A DNA stretch of 64,000 nucleotides from Octopus sinensis (GCF_006345805.1 NC_043020.1:18476001-18540000), one strand, 5' to 3'. Shown: positions 12,755 to 26,970, counted from the stretch's first letter. Notes: a model not told the origin generated them from the letters alone. Program-made: numbers and translations.

Positions 12755-14616
12755 GCTTAGAGCAAAAGAATTCTAAATTTGTACAACCGTACTCCTTATT
12801 GTAGTTATCATTGCTGTTATAATATTGTACAGTCAGCCTTTACTAGTGGATGAGTATAACTTCGTAATTTGTGCAATGCTTTTGCTAAATACTTTTAGTA
12901 TCAGTGTAGTTGCTAACTGACATAGACACCGTCTCAGCCTTCCCATTTTTGACCCAGCAGCACATCCAGAGAATGGCATATGGGAATAGTGAGAGCTACA
13001 TCAGCATTCAACTGCTATTCATTTATAACTGTGTTGATTGAAGCAGCATGTAAAATGAAGTACCCTGCTCAAGATCACAGCACACCATCTTGTCCAGGAA
13101 ATGAACCTACAACTTTATAATTGCAAGACCTTAATGACAAAAGAAGAAAAAAAAAAGTTGTTCTTAGTTTTAGAAATTTTGCAGGTCTGTAGCAATATTG
13201 AATAGTTTTAAGTTTTGTTGTAGCACAAGGTTACCATAGTTTACTAGTTTGTACCTAGTTTTGAAAATGGTTATCCCCAATCCCCAAAAAGTTGCTTTGA
13301 GTTAATCACTAATGTGTTCAATATTATAGAAATTTTTTCTAAAAACAACAAAATCATAAATCAAAATATCCTTGTTCTACAATGTTTTTTTTTACAAACC
13401 TTATTTAAAAAAAAAATTGTATTGTTTCAAATGTAAAATGTGGAAAATATCAATTCTCTCTGTCTGAAATTTATTTGATGAACTCCTGGATCTGTATTTA
13501 CCTAAAACCCACTTTTTGAAGTCCTCTGCCTTATTCCATGTCTCCCTTGTTGTAAATCCGCTTAATCTCTACTACTAACAACTTTGGTTCAAGGGTGTTG
13601 CTTTCTCTTCATATTACTACTACTACTACTACTAATAATAATACTTTAGGTTGTTGCATTTTTGGCGATTTTATTATTCTTATTAATCTTATTTAGTTAA
13701 TTAAAAGTTAATTTTGTTTATTATTACTGACAATGAAATTTATACAACGATGGAGCAGTTGGTCTTCTGTTCTTTTGTATTCTTTTGATAACATTTTGTT
13801 GTAGTGTTGCTTTATTATGATGGTACAGTTCAGTCAAGCTTACACTTTCACACAAATATAAAGCTGTAATGTTTTATAGAAGCCATGTGCATGTATCTAT
13901 GTGTATGTATGTATTTATGTAAGTGTAAGTATGTATTGTGTGTATGTGTGTGTGTATTTATATTGTTATTCTTTTGTTGGTTTCAGTCATTTGACTGGGA
14001 CCACCCTGGTGCACTGCCTTTCCAAGGAGGTTCTTTCCTCCCTCAATACTTATTTCAGTCTGATGCATGGTTTTATAGGTCAGTGTTTATTGAATCGGCA
14101 ATTTGTTTTGCTTGACACAAACGAATAAATATTGCTTTACATGAGTAGACATGAATGGATGCACTTATACACACACGCACACACATATATATATAGGATG
14201 AGTTTTTTTTACAGGTTTCCTTCCACGAAATTTCACTGTCAAGGCATTGTGTCTCTGTGTATAATGCTCAATGTAGACTGAAAACTGAAGTCCACTTTGT
14301 TTTGAAAACTTAAGACATATCCCTGTAGATATAAAGATATTTGCAGTGATATTTCTAGGCCATTCAACAGAATTCCTGCATGCCATTAACATTACATGTA
14401 TTGTGTGGGTGTTTTAGTTATGGTACAAGTTGTTCCTGCTAAACTGTTCAGAGAATAGCAATGAATTATTTGTGAATTAAAAATAGCAATGAATTTGTAA
14501 AAGAAAACCCATTAAAATCTATAAAACTTATGTGGTGAAGGTTTATTGTTTTTGTTTCAAACACACACACATTCATATGTGCTCTCTCTCTCTCTCACAC
14601 ACACACACATGCTTGT

Positions 14617-14653
<37 letters not shown>

Positions 14654-15559
14654 TTCACACATGCTTGTTCTCTCTCTCTCTCTCTCTCTCGCATGCACAC
14701 AGTCACGCACATGCAAAAACACCACATTGTCTTGACTTGGGAATAGATATCAGATTTTGGGAATTTTTCCTTTAGTTGATTATTGCCAGATAAATAGATA
14801 AATAGATAATTGAATAGGTGGGTGGGTGGGTGGATGGATGAATTGATTGACAGCTAGACAGACATTGATGTATAGATGGGAAGAGAAACTTATTATTCTC
14901 TCTTCCTTCCTTAATCTGGATTGAACCTTAAGTTTCACGATCCTCTGTAGTTCATGAAAAGTAGGTAACATTTCACACACACACACACACACGCTGAATA
15001 GTTGTGGAGTTTCATATTGCATGTTACCAAAGTTTGGGCTGATTTCTTGGTTTCTGGTTCTGTGTTGAAAATACAACTCCAAAATGGTGTTGACATCCGA
15101 TGTTTGTGACTGGTTTTACTGACATCTTTTTACAGGAGTTTATTTTTAGAAAATCTCCAACAGTGTTAAACGGTCACACTTAAAATGGTGAAAAACTCTA
15201 CAGATATGAAAGATAGATGAAGTTGTGATTAGAGGTCGACAGTTGATGTTGTGTGTGTGTCGCTTTGTGCTTGTAAGATGTGTTTGTGTGTAGGGCATGT
15301 TATGGCAAATTTCTGTGTTTTAGATGTTCTCCTACATCATTAAATATGTGGTGTCTCTATATATAATCATTAGCATAATAATCACTATCGTTATATAGTA
15401 GTACTATCATGTGTTCCTCAAGCTAGCACATTTGCCGACCAAAATTAAAACCATGTTCTAAAAAGAAAAAAAAAAGCATGTGGGAGCTTGTACACGATTG
15501 CTCAGTCTGTTAGAAATAGCAGTCAAATTTCCCTCAATTCTCACTGTCTTGCCTGTTAT

Positions 15560-15768
15560 CTTTCACTTCTTTCAGTCATTGGACTGCAGCCATTATGGGG
15601 CACCACCTTGAAGGGTTTAGTTTGAACAAATCAACACTTGTTCTTAGGTTTTAAATCTGATACTTATGCTATCAGTTTCTTTTGTTGAAACTTCTAAGTT
15701 ACTGGGATGTAAACAAATTGACACCACTTGTCAAGCAGAGGACGGTAAACACACACACACACACACAC

Positions 15769-15811
<43 letters not shown>

Positions 15812-15963
15812 CAGACTTACAGTTTCCATCTACTAAATCCACTTACAAGGCTTTGGTTGGCCTGGGGCTATAGTAACAGACACTTGCCCAAGGTACAGTG
15901 CAGTGGGACTGAACCCAAAACCACATGGTTACAAAGTGAGCTTCTTAATCACACAACCATATG
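15560..15963 (-). mobile_element. SINE family 1
   Basis: Reverse complement of the 4934-5298 family, with an internal (CA)/(TA) tract. Confidence 0.8.
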
Positions 15964-17004
15964 TGTAAAATAACATAAGATAAAATATAAAAGTTGGGGA
16001 GAGCACATTGGATAATGTAATCCTAGATGCACTAGGTGACAGTGATTCTCAGTGGGATGCTTTTGATCACAGTTCTGTTGAACCAGAACTGACCTGAAAT
16101 TTTTAAAAAACTACTATTATATATAAAAAAACAACTACAATAAAAAATAAGAAAATGTCTGTTTTTATCAGTTTGGTTGGTTGACTTCCCTTGTTACCAC
16201 CATAGTCTCTCAGAAGCTTCTACAAGCCAAGAAACTGAAGTTTCTTTTATCAGTGACAGCTTACCAAAATAGAATTTCTTCTTGCTTTTTTAAATTTTGT
16301 TTTAAAGTTTTCCCTTTTTTTTTGCCACAAGTTATTGAGATATATAATAGTGAAGCGACTGGTTGTACAAGAAATAAAATCAGTTAACCATTAAATGAAA
16401 TGCAACAGAAACAGGTTCATACTCAAATGTTGTCAGCAACACAATTTATTTTCAGATATTGGTGCTTATAATAACTGCAAAATACATTGAACTACCAACC
16501 ACCCATGTAGAAAAATATGTTGATGTTCATAGATGTATATAACAAGAATTTTTTTGTTTCAGATATTGGTGAATAATAGAAGTACTCGAAATACATTCAA
16601 ATACTGATCACATATGTATGAAAAGTTAATAGTGTTGAAATACGTTAAAATATTGACTATATATGTGTATATTGTTAGTAGTACCCCACAAAACATTTAA
16701 ATACTAACCACATAGCCTCAAACTATTTAAAATTGTGGGCATAGCAAGTTCTCCAAGAATTGAGGTCTTGTGCCTAATTGAGAAACTGTTGTCACGAACA
16801 TCAAGCAACATGCTTTGTAGTATTTATTCTGGTGCTCTTCATTCCAAGTTCAAACCCCACTGTGATTGACTTTGCCTATCATCCTTCATGGTCCATTAAA
16901 ATAAGTATTTGAGGTCAATTTAATTTTTTCTCTACTCCAAAATTTATGGCCTTTTGCCTGTGTTAGGAAGTAGTGATGACAACACTGATGACACCCATTA
17001 TCAT

Positions 17005-17865
17005 CAGTGATTCTCAAACATTTTTCCACCTGTGGACCCCTTTTGATTCCCATTTTACTCCTGTGGACCCCCATAGCCATTCAATGTTTTAAAGAATCTT
17101 ACAATATTTTTTATAATTAGATGGTTTTAGGAATTGTCTCATTTTTTTATAATTTACTTATTTCAATCATTTGACTGCAGCCATGCTGGAGCGCTACCTT
17201 GAAGGGTTTTAGCCAAACAAATCGACCCCAGAATTTTTTTTTTAAAGCTAGTACTTATGCTTTTGGTCTCTTTTTTCTGAACTGCTCAGTTACAGGGATG
17301 TAAACAAACCAACACCAGTTGTCAAACCATGTTGGGGGACAAACACACACACACACACACGTATATTTATTCTAAATGATTGGTACAGAAGACAGTGTAA
17401 CTGGAAGCTTAATTTAGCACAATTGTTTTGGCTACTACTGCACTACTTCTCAGTGATTGGGGAACGATGTAATTGCATCAGATGCATCTCACGGTGCAAA
17501 GGAGCATCATCAGGTGATGTAATAGACTTTGAAGTGATAAGATTTACATTTCACTGTAAGCTAGATGATGTTGTTATTATGATGTGTTGTTAGTAGTTCA
17601 CACACACACACACACATACATGATGGGCTTCTTTCAGTTTCTGTTTACCAAATCCACTCACAAGGCTTTGGTGAGCCTGGGGCTATTGTAGAAGATACTT
17701 GCCTGAGGTGCCATGCAGTGGAACTGAACCTGGAGCCACATGGTTGGGAGACAAACTTCTTAACATACAGCCATGCCTGTTTTGTGCATTGTAGAAGTAT
17801 AACCAATTTATTGCACATGGAGTTTAATTACAAAATCTTGTCTGGACCCCTGTTGAGAAGCACTG
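17005..17865. mobile_element. hAT-like MITE interrupted by SINE family 1 fragments
   Basis: CAGTGATTCTCAA at 17005 and TTGAGAAGCACTG ending at 17865. Flanks ATTATCAT/ATCATCAT form a 7/8-matching 8-bp TSD. SINE pieces at about 17155-17345 and 17620-17780. Confidence 0.6.
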
Positions 17866-18119
17866 ATCATCATCATCATCAAAGTGAAGGGCGTTAAATG
17901 AGATTGAGATAATTTCAAGTTGTTGGAGAAGGTGTAGCTTGTAAAGCCTGCTTGATAATCCTTCTCTGCCTAGTTTCTTTATTTTCTCTGTGGTATTGAA
18001 AAATAATTCAACTCTAATTGGAAATTTTAATTGTCATAACTTCTGTTTGCTGAAAAATCTACTTGCATCATATATACCATACAACATCAGCACTCGTCTA
18101 AAACCAGTACAGTGGGATA

Positions 18120-18500
18120 TCTTTTATCTTTTCCTTGTTTCAGTCATTAGACTGTGGCCATGCTGGGGGCACCACCTTGAGGAATTTTAGTTGAACTAAT
18201 CAACCCCATTACTTGTTTTCTTTTTAAGCCTGGTACTTATTCCATTGGTGTCTTTGCTGAACCGCTTAGTTATGGGGATGTAATCACACCAACACTGGTT
18301 GTCAAGCAGTGGTGGGGGAAAAACACACTCACACGCACATATATTTGATGGTCTTCTTTCAGTTTTTGTTAACAAATCCACTCATGTTTTGGTTGGCCTG
18401 AGGCTATAATAGAAGACACTTGCTCAAGTTGCCATGCAGTGGGAGTGAACCCAGAACTATGTGGTTGGGAAGCAAACTTCTTACTACACAGCCATGCCCA
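18120..18500 (-). mobile_element. SINE family 1
   Basis: Near full-length reverse copy. Confidence 0.8.
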
Positions 18501-19663
18501 CTGAGAGGAAAAATTCAACTAAACTAGCATCAACCCACCGTGTTTCATTTGACTGACCAAAGCCTTCTTTATAAAGTAATTTCTATAACAATCTTAATCC
18601 TCTTTGAAACTACAATGATTATATTGTGTCTCGGGTATAACTATTTTGGCAAATGAATTCATTGAATCAATGGGGAATATCACCAGATGCTGACAACAAA
18701 CAACTGTCAATGGCCAGGACCAACCAGTTTAGTTAGAAAACTACTTCTATTATCTGTAGTCATGGCATGTGCAAGTGTTTCAGCCAGTGAAAGACCAATG
18801 TAACTAAAAGCCAGGCTAGACAATCATGCCACATCATACTCATTGGGACATGTGTAAATATATTTAATCATATTTTCACCTCATTGAAATCAAAGGTTCC
18901 TTCCTATGGTTTTCCTTCCCATTGGCGTATATGTTACTTTATTTTACCCAATTAATTTCTGGACAATTTACTAAATTTCATTTGCTTTAAACTTTTTACA
19001 TTGAAAACAGTCGTCCTTCTTTTGAAAGCCAGTTTATGACCTTATTTTGTGGATCTATTTATTTCTTTCTCTGATGCCCTTCAGAAAGGTATGGCAGCCT
19101 CTTGGTTTACCATTCTCCTGCATAGCAAAGCTAACTCTTGATCACGCTTTCAAAAATCATTGTTATTTGGAAATTGAAAAACATAGCAGATTCCTAGCTG
19201 ATGGACAGCAATTTTATTTTATTTTTTCTACTACAGGTATTAAACTATTGTCTTAAAAATAACCCACCTCACCCTTTTATGCTAAATCAAGATGGTACAG
19301 ATTAAAGTGTATTGTTTTAGGGGTGCTATCACTTGGAAAGGCTGAAGTAATCAAAAGCTTATATTAAACTGCAGCTTCATAGCAGTTGGTTATTGGAACA
19401 ACATCTTCAAAATACAGGATCAAGAATCCAATTAAGCTTTGAAACTTTACCTGACTTTCAACCTTGTTTTCCTGCTCTAACACCACCCAGGCTTATTTAC
19501 TAACACCTTATATCTCTTTTCTCTACAAAACAAACACGTTGGTCATGTAAATATAAATAATAAATATAGTTTGAACATTTTTATTGTGAAATTGTTAAAT
19601 GGGATTTATTGCTGAACACTGAGTTATAAATTATTGAAATTTTTCCTTCTCTCTCTTTTTTAG

Positions 19664-19717
19664 TATCAAGCCAGTTTATGGCGCACAACACCCACCACGT
19701 ATTGAACGACCTATCAG
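19664..19717 (+). CDS. TBC1D22: TBC1 domain family member 22 (Rab-GAP), exon 2: (S)IKPVYGAQHPPRIERPI(S)
   Basis: Pyrimidine tract + TAG acceptor, GTATGT donor, 54 nt, phase 2-2. IKPVYGAQHPP matches the conserved N-terminal motif of TBC1D22A/B (IQPVYGAQHPP). Confidence 0.9.
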
Positions 19718-20504
19718 GTATGTATACAAATTGAGTTGTTTATTTTCACGAGAAGCTGATTTGTTTTTATAATGAATGACATTACTGCCTTTTCTTTTTT
19801 TTTTTAAATCTTTTCAAAGAAAATACTTTAGTTGCATATGAATAGGGTCCAAATAAATTGGTTTTTAGAAAACCTTTGATAGTATATATCCTTTGATATT
19901 TACTTTATCACCATCATCATTCTTTAACATCTGTTTTCCATGCTGACAATGTTTGACCAGAACTAGTAAGCAAGAGTGCTTCACCAGGCTCCAGTCTGAT
20001 TTAGCTTGGGTTCTACGACTGGATGCCCTTCCTTACACCAACCACTTAAGTGTGTGCTGGGTGCTTTTAACATGGCACTGGTACTTAACTTCATTTGAAA
20101 ACATGTCTTTACCAGGACAGGATGTATTCGTATGAGATTACAGGTATACTGTTCTATCAAAGGATTTCTAAAAAGCGATGGAGAAAGTCAATTACATTTA
20201 CCCCAGTGTGTAACTAGTACTTTTTTTATTGACCCCAAAAGGATGAAGGCAAAGTCGACTCTGGCAGAATTTGAACTCAGAATGTAAGGATGGACGAAAT
20301 GCCGCTAAGCATGTTGCCTGGCATGCTAACGACTCTGCTAGCTCACTACCTTAATAGTAATAATAATGATGATGGTTTCAATTTTGGCACAAATTTATTG
20401 ATCCCCATAGGATGAAAGGCTAAGTTGATTCTGGTAGCATTTGAACAGACAAAATGCCACCAAGCATTTTGCCCTACACACAATTCTGCCATCTCACTGC
20501 TTTA

Positions 20505-21050
20505 AGATGATAATAATCAGACAGTGACTCTCATGGCTTTTGATCTTAATTGATTGGAAGTGTTATCATGTACATTGTTTTGTCTTGGTATGAAAGATGG
20601 ACTACAGCAAACATTCTGCTCAATACCACTAGTTTGTCAGTTGTTTGACCGTAACCAGTTGAGCATGTCCCTTGGTGGCTGATGATATGTGCATCTCTGA
20701 TCATGAGCAGATGTAGTGGGGGAGCATCATAGCCATGTATTGAGAGGAATTCTTTGGGATTTGGAGAAAACACTTCTGGAAACATTGGTGTTTTGTTCGA
20801 CATCCTTAACTCTTATTCAGAGACCTTTTGAGCGGGATGGGCTACTCGAGCTGAAGAAAATTTTGAGCTACACCTGCAAGGTCATGCACTTGAAATGAGA
20901 TCACCATGTCATGCACACATGGTTGTGATGCATGTTCCTGGTGTACTCTTATCAGAGGGGTAGTCATGATGGGTATACTGGGCTTCATATATTTTACCCC
21001 AGTGTCACTTCGATGACATACACTGCCCTCTCACTCAGTAGTAGTAATAA
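20505..21050 (-). repeat. Unclassified ~520-bp interspersed repeat
   Basis: Opposite-orientation copy at about 41787-42250 and partial copy at 43062-43270 (GATCAGAGATGCACATATC..CAGCCACTAAGGGACAT..CAAATCTGTGGTATTGAGCAGAAT). Confidence 0.7.
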
Positions 21051-22911
21051 TAATGATGCTTTCAAATTTTGGCACAAGGCCAGCAATGTCAGGGGAGGGA
21101 TAGGTTGATTATTTTCACTGGTTTCTGTTATTGGGGAATAGTCATGTTGGGCAAGGAATTCAGGGGTTTAGATGATCATACAAACCCATTATTTATTTTT
21201 AAGGAGGGTACATCTTCTATGGCCTCTTTATAAAATTGCTAAGTTATGAAACATATGTGTAAACACACATGTGGCTGAGAATCTGCTTTTCAATCACATG
21301 GTCTCCAGTTCAGTCCCATCACATAACACCTTGGTTGAGTGTCTTTTATTGTAGCCCCAGGCTGGTCAGTGCCTGGTAAGCATATTTGTTAGTTGGAAAC
21401 TGTAGAAAGCATGTGTGTGTGTATTTACGCACCTATGGAAACAACGCTGAATGACAAAGAGTGAACTTTTTTTTAAATTCCGTGTCAGTGAACTGCCTCC
21501 TAATTCTGCTCTTTTGAAGATGTGTGGAATAATCTTGGGGAAAAAATCACTTTGAAGTTGGTACCCCAGCATGGCCATAGTCTAATGCCTGAAACAAATA
21601 AAGATACTTCTGGGCTAGACAATACAAGATCACATCAGAAGTGACTGTTAGATTGACAGATATGTATTTCACTGTTTTTGCAGCTTTGCAGTGTATTTTT
21701 ATCACTTCCAAAACATCAGATCAACTAGTCTGGAGTATAAAGGGAGAAGCATAGAGTTTTTTTCATTCTAGATCTGCTTCCATTGTATAATTCAAATTTT
21801 GTACAAACCACAACTATTTAAGTAAAGAGCCAAAATAATTACAAGAAGTGCAAAGTTTCAAAATAATCCTTTCCGCTATAGACACAAGGCCTGCAATTTT
21901 GGGTGGGGGCAGGCTAGTTGATTACATTGACCTCAGTGCTTGACTGGTCCTCACTTCATTGACTCTGAAAGGATAAAAGGCAAAGTTGACCTCAGCAGAA
22001 TTTGAACCCAGAATGTAAAGATAGGAAATGCCTCTAAACATTTTGTCTGGCGTGCTAACGATTCATAGCAATCAGTGATAAAATTTGTATGTTCTGGCTT
22101 CTTTAATCTTGAATGGTGAGAAACATTTGAGAACCATGTACTTTATATAATTAAATGAAAGCTTCTTAATTGTGAAAGTTTTGGTTAAATAATAAACTAT
22201 CAGTACTAACTCAATATGTTAATAGTAACTTAACTATCGTGTTTTTGTACAGATGGAGTCTCTGAGTAATTTACCTCAGCAATTTGTTGCTTATGTTTAG
22301 TTTGTCCACTAAGTTGATTTATTGATTCAGTCTCCCCCTGCCCCACTACACACGTATGATCTTTTATCCGGATAATAAACCAGTAACTGAATTGTTTAAA
22401 TTACAGTATTGATAGATAAATATCTACAACTGAAAGGTTCTCAAGAAGTTTTGATTTAATTATACAAAGTTAATGTTTTTCATTATTCTCGGCTGATGAA
22501 ACCAGAATGTACAAGTTCTGTCACTGATTACTAAGCAAATTAGAAAATACTCTTTTTATGGTTATTTTGAAATTTTTGCTCTTCCCGTAATTATGTTGAT
22601 TGTTTATATGGACAGTTATGGTTTATACAAAATCATGTACAATAATACATTATATATTACTCAGTAGAAATACAGGTTGTATGCAAAATGAAATTAGTTA
22701 TACATCCATTGCAAATATGTTTATATTGTGTAGTTACATAGCAACAAGATTTGTTTGAGGTGTTGGTGACTATAACAGCTTATAGTGGAAAATGCAATTA
22801 ATATATGTGCACACGAGCAAAGCTACATAGTAACGGGAATTTCTTTCTAATATTAGTGGTTATGGTTGTTAAGTAGTGCAAAAATATATCCAAATACTCA
22901 CCATACCTGTT

Positions 22912-23128
22912 CTATATTTAAGAGATGAGGAATTATGTACATTATTTACATTAGACAGATATTTGTCCTCATCTTGTTTGTTGTTAACACAATGTTTCGG
23001 CTGATATACCCTCAAGCCTTCATCTGGTGTCTTGGGGAAATTTCGAACCTGGGTTCTCATTCCTAAGCTGAAACATTGTGTTAACAACGAATAAAATGAG
23101 GACAAATATCCGTCAAATGTAAATAATG
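22912..23128 (-). mobile_element. 217-bp Penelope-like insertion with 63-bp inverted repeat and 15-bp TSD
   Basis: TSD CTCACCATACCTGTT at 22897-22911 and 23129-23143; inverted arms 22940-23002 and 23066-23128. The minus strand encodes PDEG..PKH-like text typical of GIY-YIG element ends. Confidence 0.6.
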
Positions 23129-23257
23129 CTCACCATACCTGTTGGTATTGTAGTTAATTGTACAAAATGTATTCAAGTACTTGACCACATCATCAATATC
23201 ATTGTTGTATTAACATAGACTTTTTCATGCATAAGGAGTAGACAACCATCCTATATA

Positions 23258-23620
23258 TAGGAGTGGCTGTGTGGTAAGTAGCTTGCTTACCAACCACATG
23301 GTTCCGGGTTCAGTCCCACTGCGTGGCACCTTAGGCAAGTGTCTTCTACTATAGCCTTGGGTCGACCAAAGCCATGTTAGTGGATTTGGTAGATGGAAAC
23401 TGAAAGAAGCCTGTATTATATGTTATGTATGTTTGTGTGTGTGTTTGTCCCCCCAACATCGCTTGACAACTAATGCTTGTGCGTTTATGTCCCTGTAACT
23501 TAGTGGTTTGGCAAAAGAGACCGATAGAATAAGTACTAGGCTTACAAAGAATAAGTTCTGGGGCCGATTTGCTCGACTAAAGGCGGTGCCACAGTCAAAT
23601 GACTGAAACAAGTAAAAGAA
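23258..23620 (+). mobile_element. SINE family 1
   Basis: Full head, body and tail. Confidence 0.85.
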
Positions 23621-23636
23621 AAAATGAAAGTAAAAG

Positions 23637-23676
<40 letters not shown>

Positions 23677-25329
23677 GATATATTAGTAGTGCAAAATACA
23701 TCCAAATACTACCCCATATGTGTATTTATTAGTTGTACAAAATGTACTCAGATTCTCACCATGTACATAATTATTATAGTTGGGGTTATAAAATACATTC
23801 AGCTCCCATATAGGTATAGAAAATTTTTATTCTAGTTATTCATTTGTTAACCATTTGGTGGATATTCAGTTAAATAATTCTACCAGTTATATAACTGAAT
23901 GAGTGTTGGGATAAGCCTCAAATTTCATACGTGTCTCTTCTATATAATATTTCAATGTGTATTGCCATCTGTTTCAAAAGTGATGTCTTTGTTTTGGTTT
24001 TTTTGTCTTTATTTTTCTCCAAATAAAACTTATTGATTGACATGATAGAGATCAATATTTACACAGGTGAAAAAGAATTAGTATTTTGTATCTAACAGCA
24101 TTATGTAACTGTTTTGATTACTAGTTGCCTAAGACTGCCCCTGGTTCCGTGATTTTAAACTTACTGTTTTAAAAGTAATCTGAAACTTTCCATTGAAATT
24201 TCTGTGTTAATTTATGGTTCATACTCAGTTTGATAATGACAATGTTCTTTTACCAAAATTCTTCATTATTTTCAAAATTAATTGTAACAAAAGCATGGAA
24301 GACAGACATTAAACGATGATGATGAAAAGCTATGCATTTCAGTAGAAATTTAGTAACAAAAAAAGGGTTAATGTAATTCCGACATTATATACACAAGAAA
24401 TTTAACATGTGTATGTCTCAAAGGAGAGAGTGTCGTGGAGTTCAGTTACATCCAACAAACACTAAAGTTTTTCCCAAAATCCAGGGTTTTTATAACTGCT
24501 CAACTTGACTTAAAAGAATCGAAATCCATTACAAATATTCTTTACGTATCTTTTTAGAATCCTTATTTGAGCAGTTATATTAACCAATGGAAAAAACGAA
24601 AATAATTACTCTTCGGCAATACGATATTACGTCATATTGCCGATTCGCACTTTATTTCAAAAATGGCTACTTGTTACATGTATGACAAAAAGAGAGTTTT
24701 CTATATGGTTGCTTGACCTGCTTGTAATAAGTTGAAGCTCTATCAAATGACACTTAGAAAATGAAGCTACACAATGTTGTCATGGGTCCATAAAAAGGAA
24801 TATCAGATGTTTTAGCTCTGCCTATTTAGTGTCACTGATTCAATGCTGACTTATTTGTCATTAGCCATTTTAATGTTTCTCTCCCATCCATTCTCCCTGC
24901 TTATGTGTATGAACATATTTCTTTTTTATCTGTATGTGTACATTTTTATGCATGCACACCTGTGTGTTTGTGTGAATGCATATGCTTGCCTCCAGTACCA
25001 GAAAGTAGTCACCAAATCAGGTTCTGTGTCCAGTCAGCCATGCCAAATCACCAGCAGCCAAACAGCCATGCCCAATTGTCTCGTTCTGTACAAAAATGAC
25101 AGGATGGTTATGGCTGGAACGTCTTTAACAATAGTTCTAACCAGTCAATGCCTACTTGTATCAGATGAAATGCTTATTCACTAAAGAGACTTGAAAAAAC
25201 TTGTGTCATTGTTATTGCAGTTGAATTCTTCTTCTTCAAATGTTTACAACAGAGACGCTGTTCACAATTTTGTGGCAGGAAACTCTGGTTCTTTTTAGTT
25301 TTGGTAGCTCATCAATTTCTTGATATGTG

Positions 25330-26060
25330 TCTCTGCCAGTAACATCAATATAACTGAGTGGTTGTCTTTCTCTATTAGACATCTCCAAGATAAGACATCT
25401 AAGGTCTTGTAGTTCACTACAATAGCAGTCAGTAGCCAGTAAAGCCTAGCTTGTATTGAGCAATAGTAGTAGAGGTAGATTGAGTAAGTCCCATAAATCT
25501 CTGCATTGGTCTTATATTTATGCCATGAGATGTTTTGGGGTCTTCATGAGAAACCTTGTACCTGCACCAGTTGAATTAGTTCAACTGCAATGAGAGTCAC
25601 CAATAATGAAAAGTAGACATTCAGTTGTTAAATCATAACTGCTTGGTGTGTCCATGTCTCCTTCAATCTGAATCACTTGTTAGACCTTCAGACAGCACGC
25701 AGAAGAGGACCAGCCAACTGATTGGTGTAAAGTCACTCACAGACACATTCAAGCTTCTGGTTCATGGCCCACAGCCATGTTGTTTTTTTGTCTCTCTGAC
25801 TTTTCTTCTGATTATAAATGGGTTTGTTTGCTCCTTGGGGGTTGTCTTGGCTTATGCTACCTTGTCTCAAGTACTTCCATCCCACTTATTTCTTCATTTA
25901 CCTATCATCCTTAAGTTGTACACCCACCCCAGCTTTGTACTAACCATTAGGTTTTAGTCCTCCCTTCACAGAACATCAGCTCTCTGGAATTCCTTTCTCA
26001 TTCATGCCTTTCCTGCAGGTGTTGATCTACAATGGTTCAAGAGGTTTAAAGATGGTTTGC
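25330..26060 (+). mobile_element. Highly decayed L2/Crack-like LINE 3' end
   Basis: Residual peptides QKRTSQLIGVKSLTD and RTSALWNS..HAFP..DLQWFK resemble the C-terminus of L2/Crack-type ORF2; many disablements. Confidence 0.45.
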
Positions 26061-26792
26061 AAAAGCCCTTCTTACAGACCCAGCAAATCATAAGATAGAA
26101 GCTTAATTCTGCTCCACTATCTAGATTTTTCTTTTCCTTTTTTTTTTTTTTTTTGGTTTTATATTTTTATTTCTGCTGTGATCAGTTTTATCAATATTTC
26201 CATGTTTGAAAAATAAACACCAGTAAATTTGTCCTTCTCTCCAACATCCTTCCCACCTTCCTTGGTATCCCCCCCCTCTTCTATGATTGGTCAAGTACTT
26301 TAGTAAGAAATTATTATCGAACAAAAATGTCTTGCAGTATTGACTTATAAGCCTTTACATTTTGTGTTCAAATCCTGCGAAGGTCAACTCAGACTTTCAT
26401 CCTTCTGAGGTTTATGAGACAGAGTAGCAGCCAAGTACTGGGGTTGATGTGATAAGCTAGACCCCTCCCTATCTTAATTGCTGTCCTTATGCCTCCTAAA
26501 TGAGAAACAATTACTAATATAATTAACTCCCTCCCACTAAATTTGTAGCCTATGTTAGAAAATATTATTATTTAATAGCAGATACTAAGGTGATGAGCTG
26601 ACAGAATCGTTACTAGCTTAGCGGCATTTCGTCCATCTTTAAATTCTGAGTTCAAATTCTGCTGAAGTCGACTTTACTTTTCATCCTTTTGGGGTCAGTG
26701 AAATAAATATTACTTGAGTACTGGGCTTTATGTAATCGATTTCTCTCTCTCCGAAATTGCTGGCCTTGTGCCAAAATTTGATATCATTTGAT

Positions 26793-26970
26793 AGCATGGC
26801 CTAGTGGTTAGAGCAGCGGACTCGCGGTCGAGGGATCGCGGGTTCGAATCTCAGACCGGGCAATGTGTGTGTTTATGAGCGAAACACCTAAACTCCACGC
26901 GGCTCTGGCAGAAGGTAATGGCAAACTTCTGCTAACTCTTTTGTCACAACTTTCTCCCACTCTTTCCTCC
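26793..26970 (+). mobile_element. tRNA-derived SINE, family 3 (young, CpG-rich)
   Basis: A box TGGCCTAGTGG and B box GGTTCGAATC followed by a non-tRNA body; related copy at 6600-6800. Confidence 0.75.

Noticed and set aside
26793-26862. tRNA-like sequence
   Set aside because: No closed acceptor stem, continues into a SINE body, and a decayed sibling exists at 6600-6800; the same applies to 56207.
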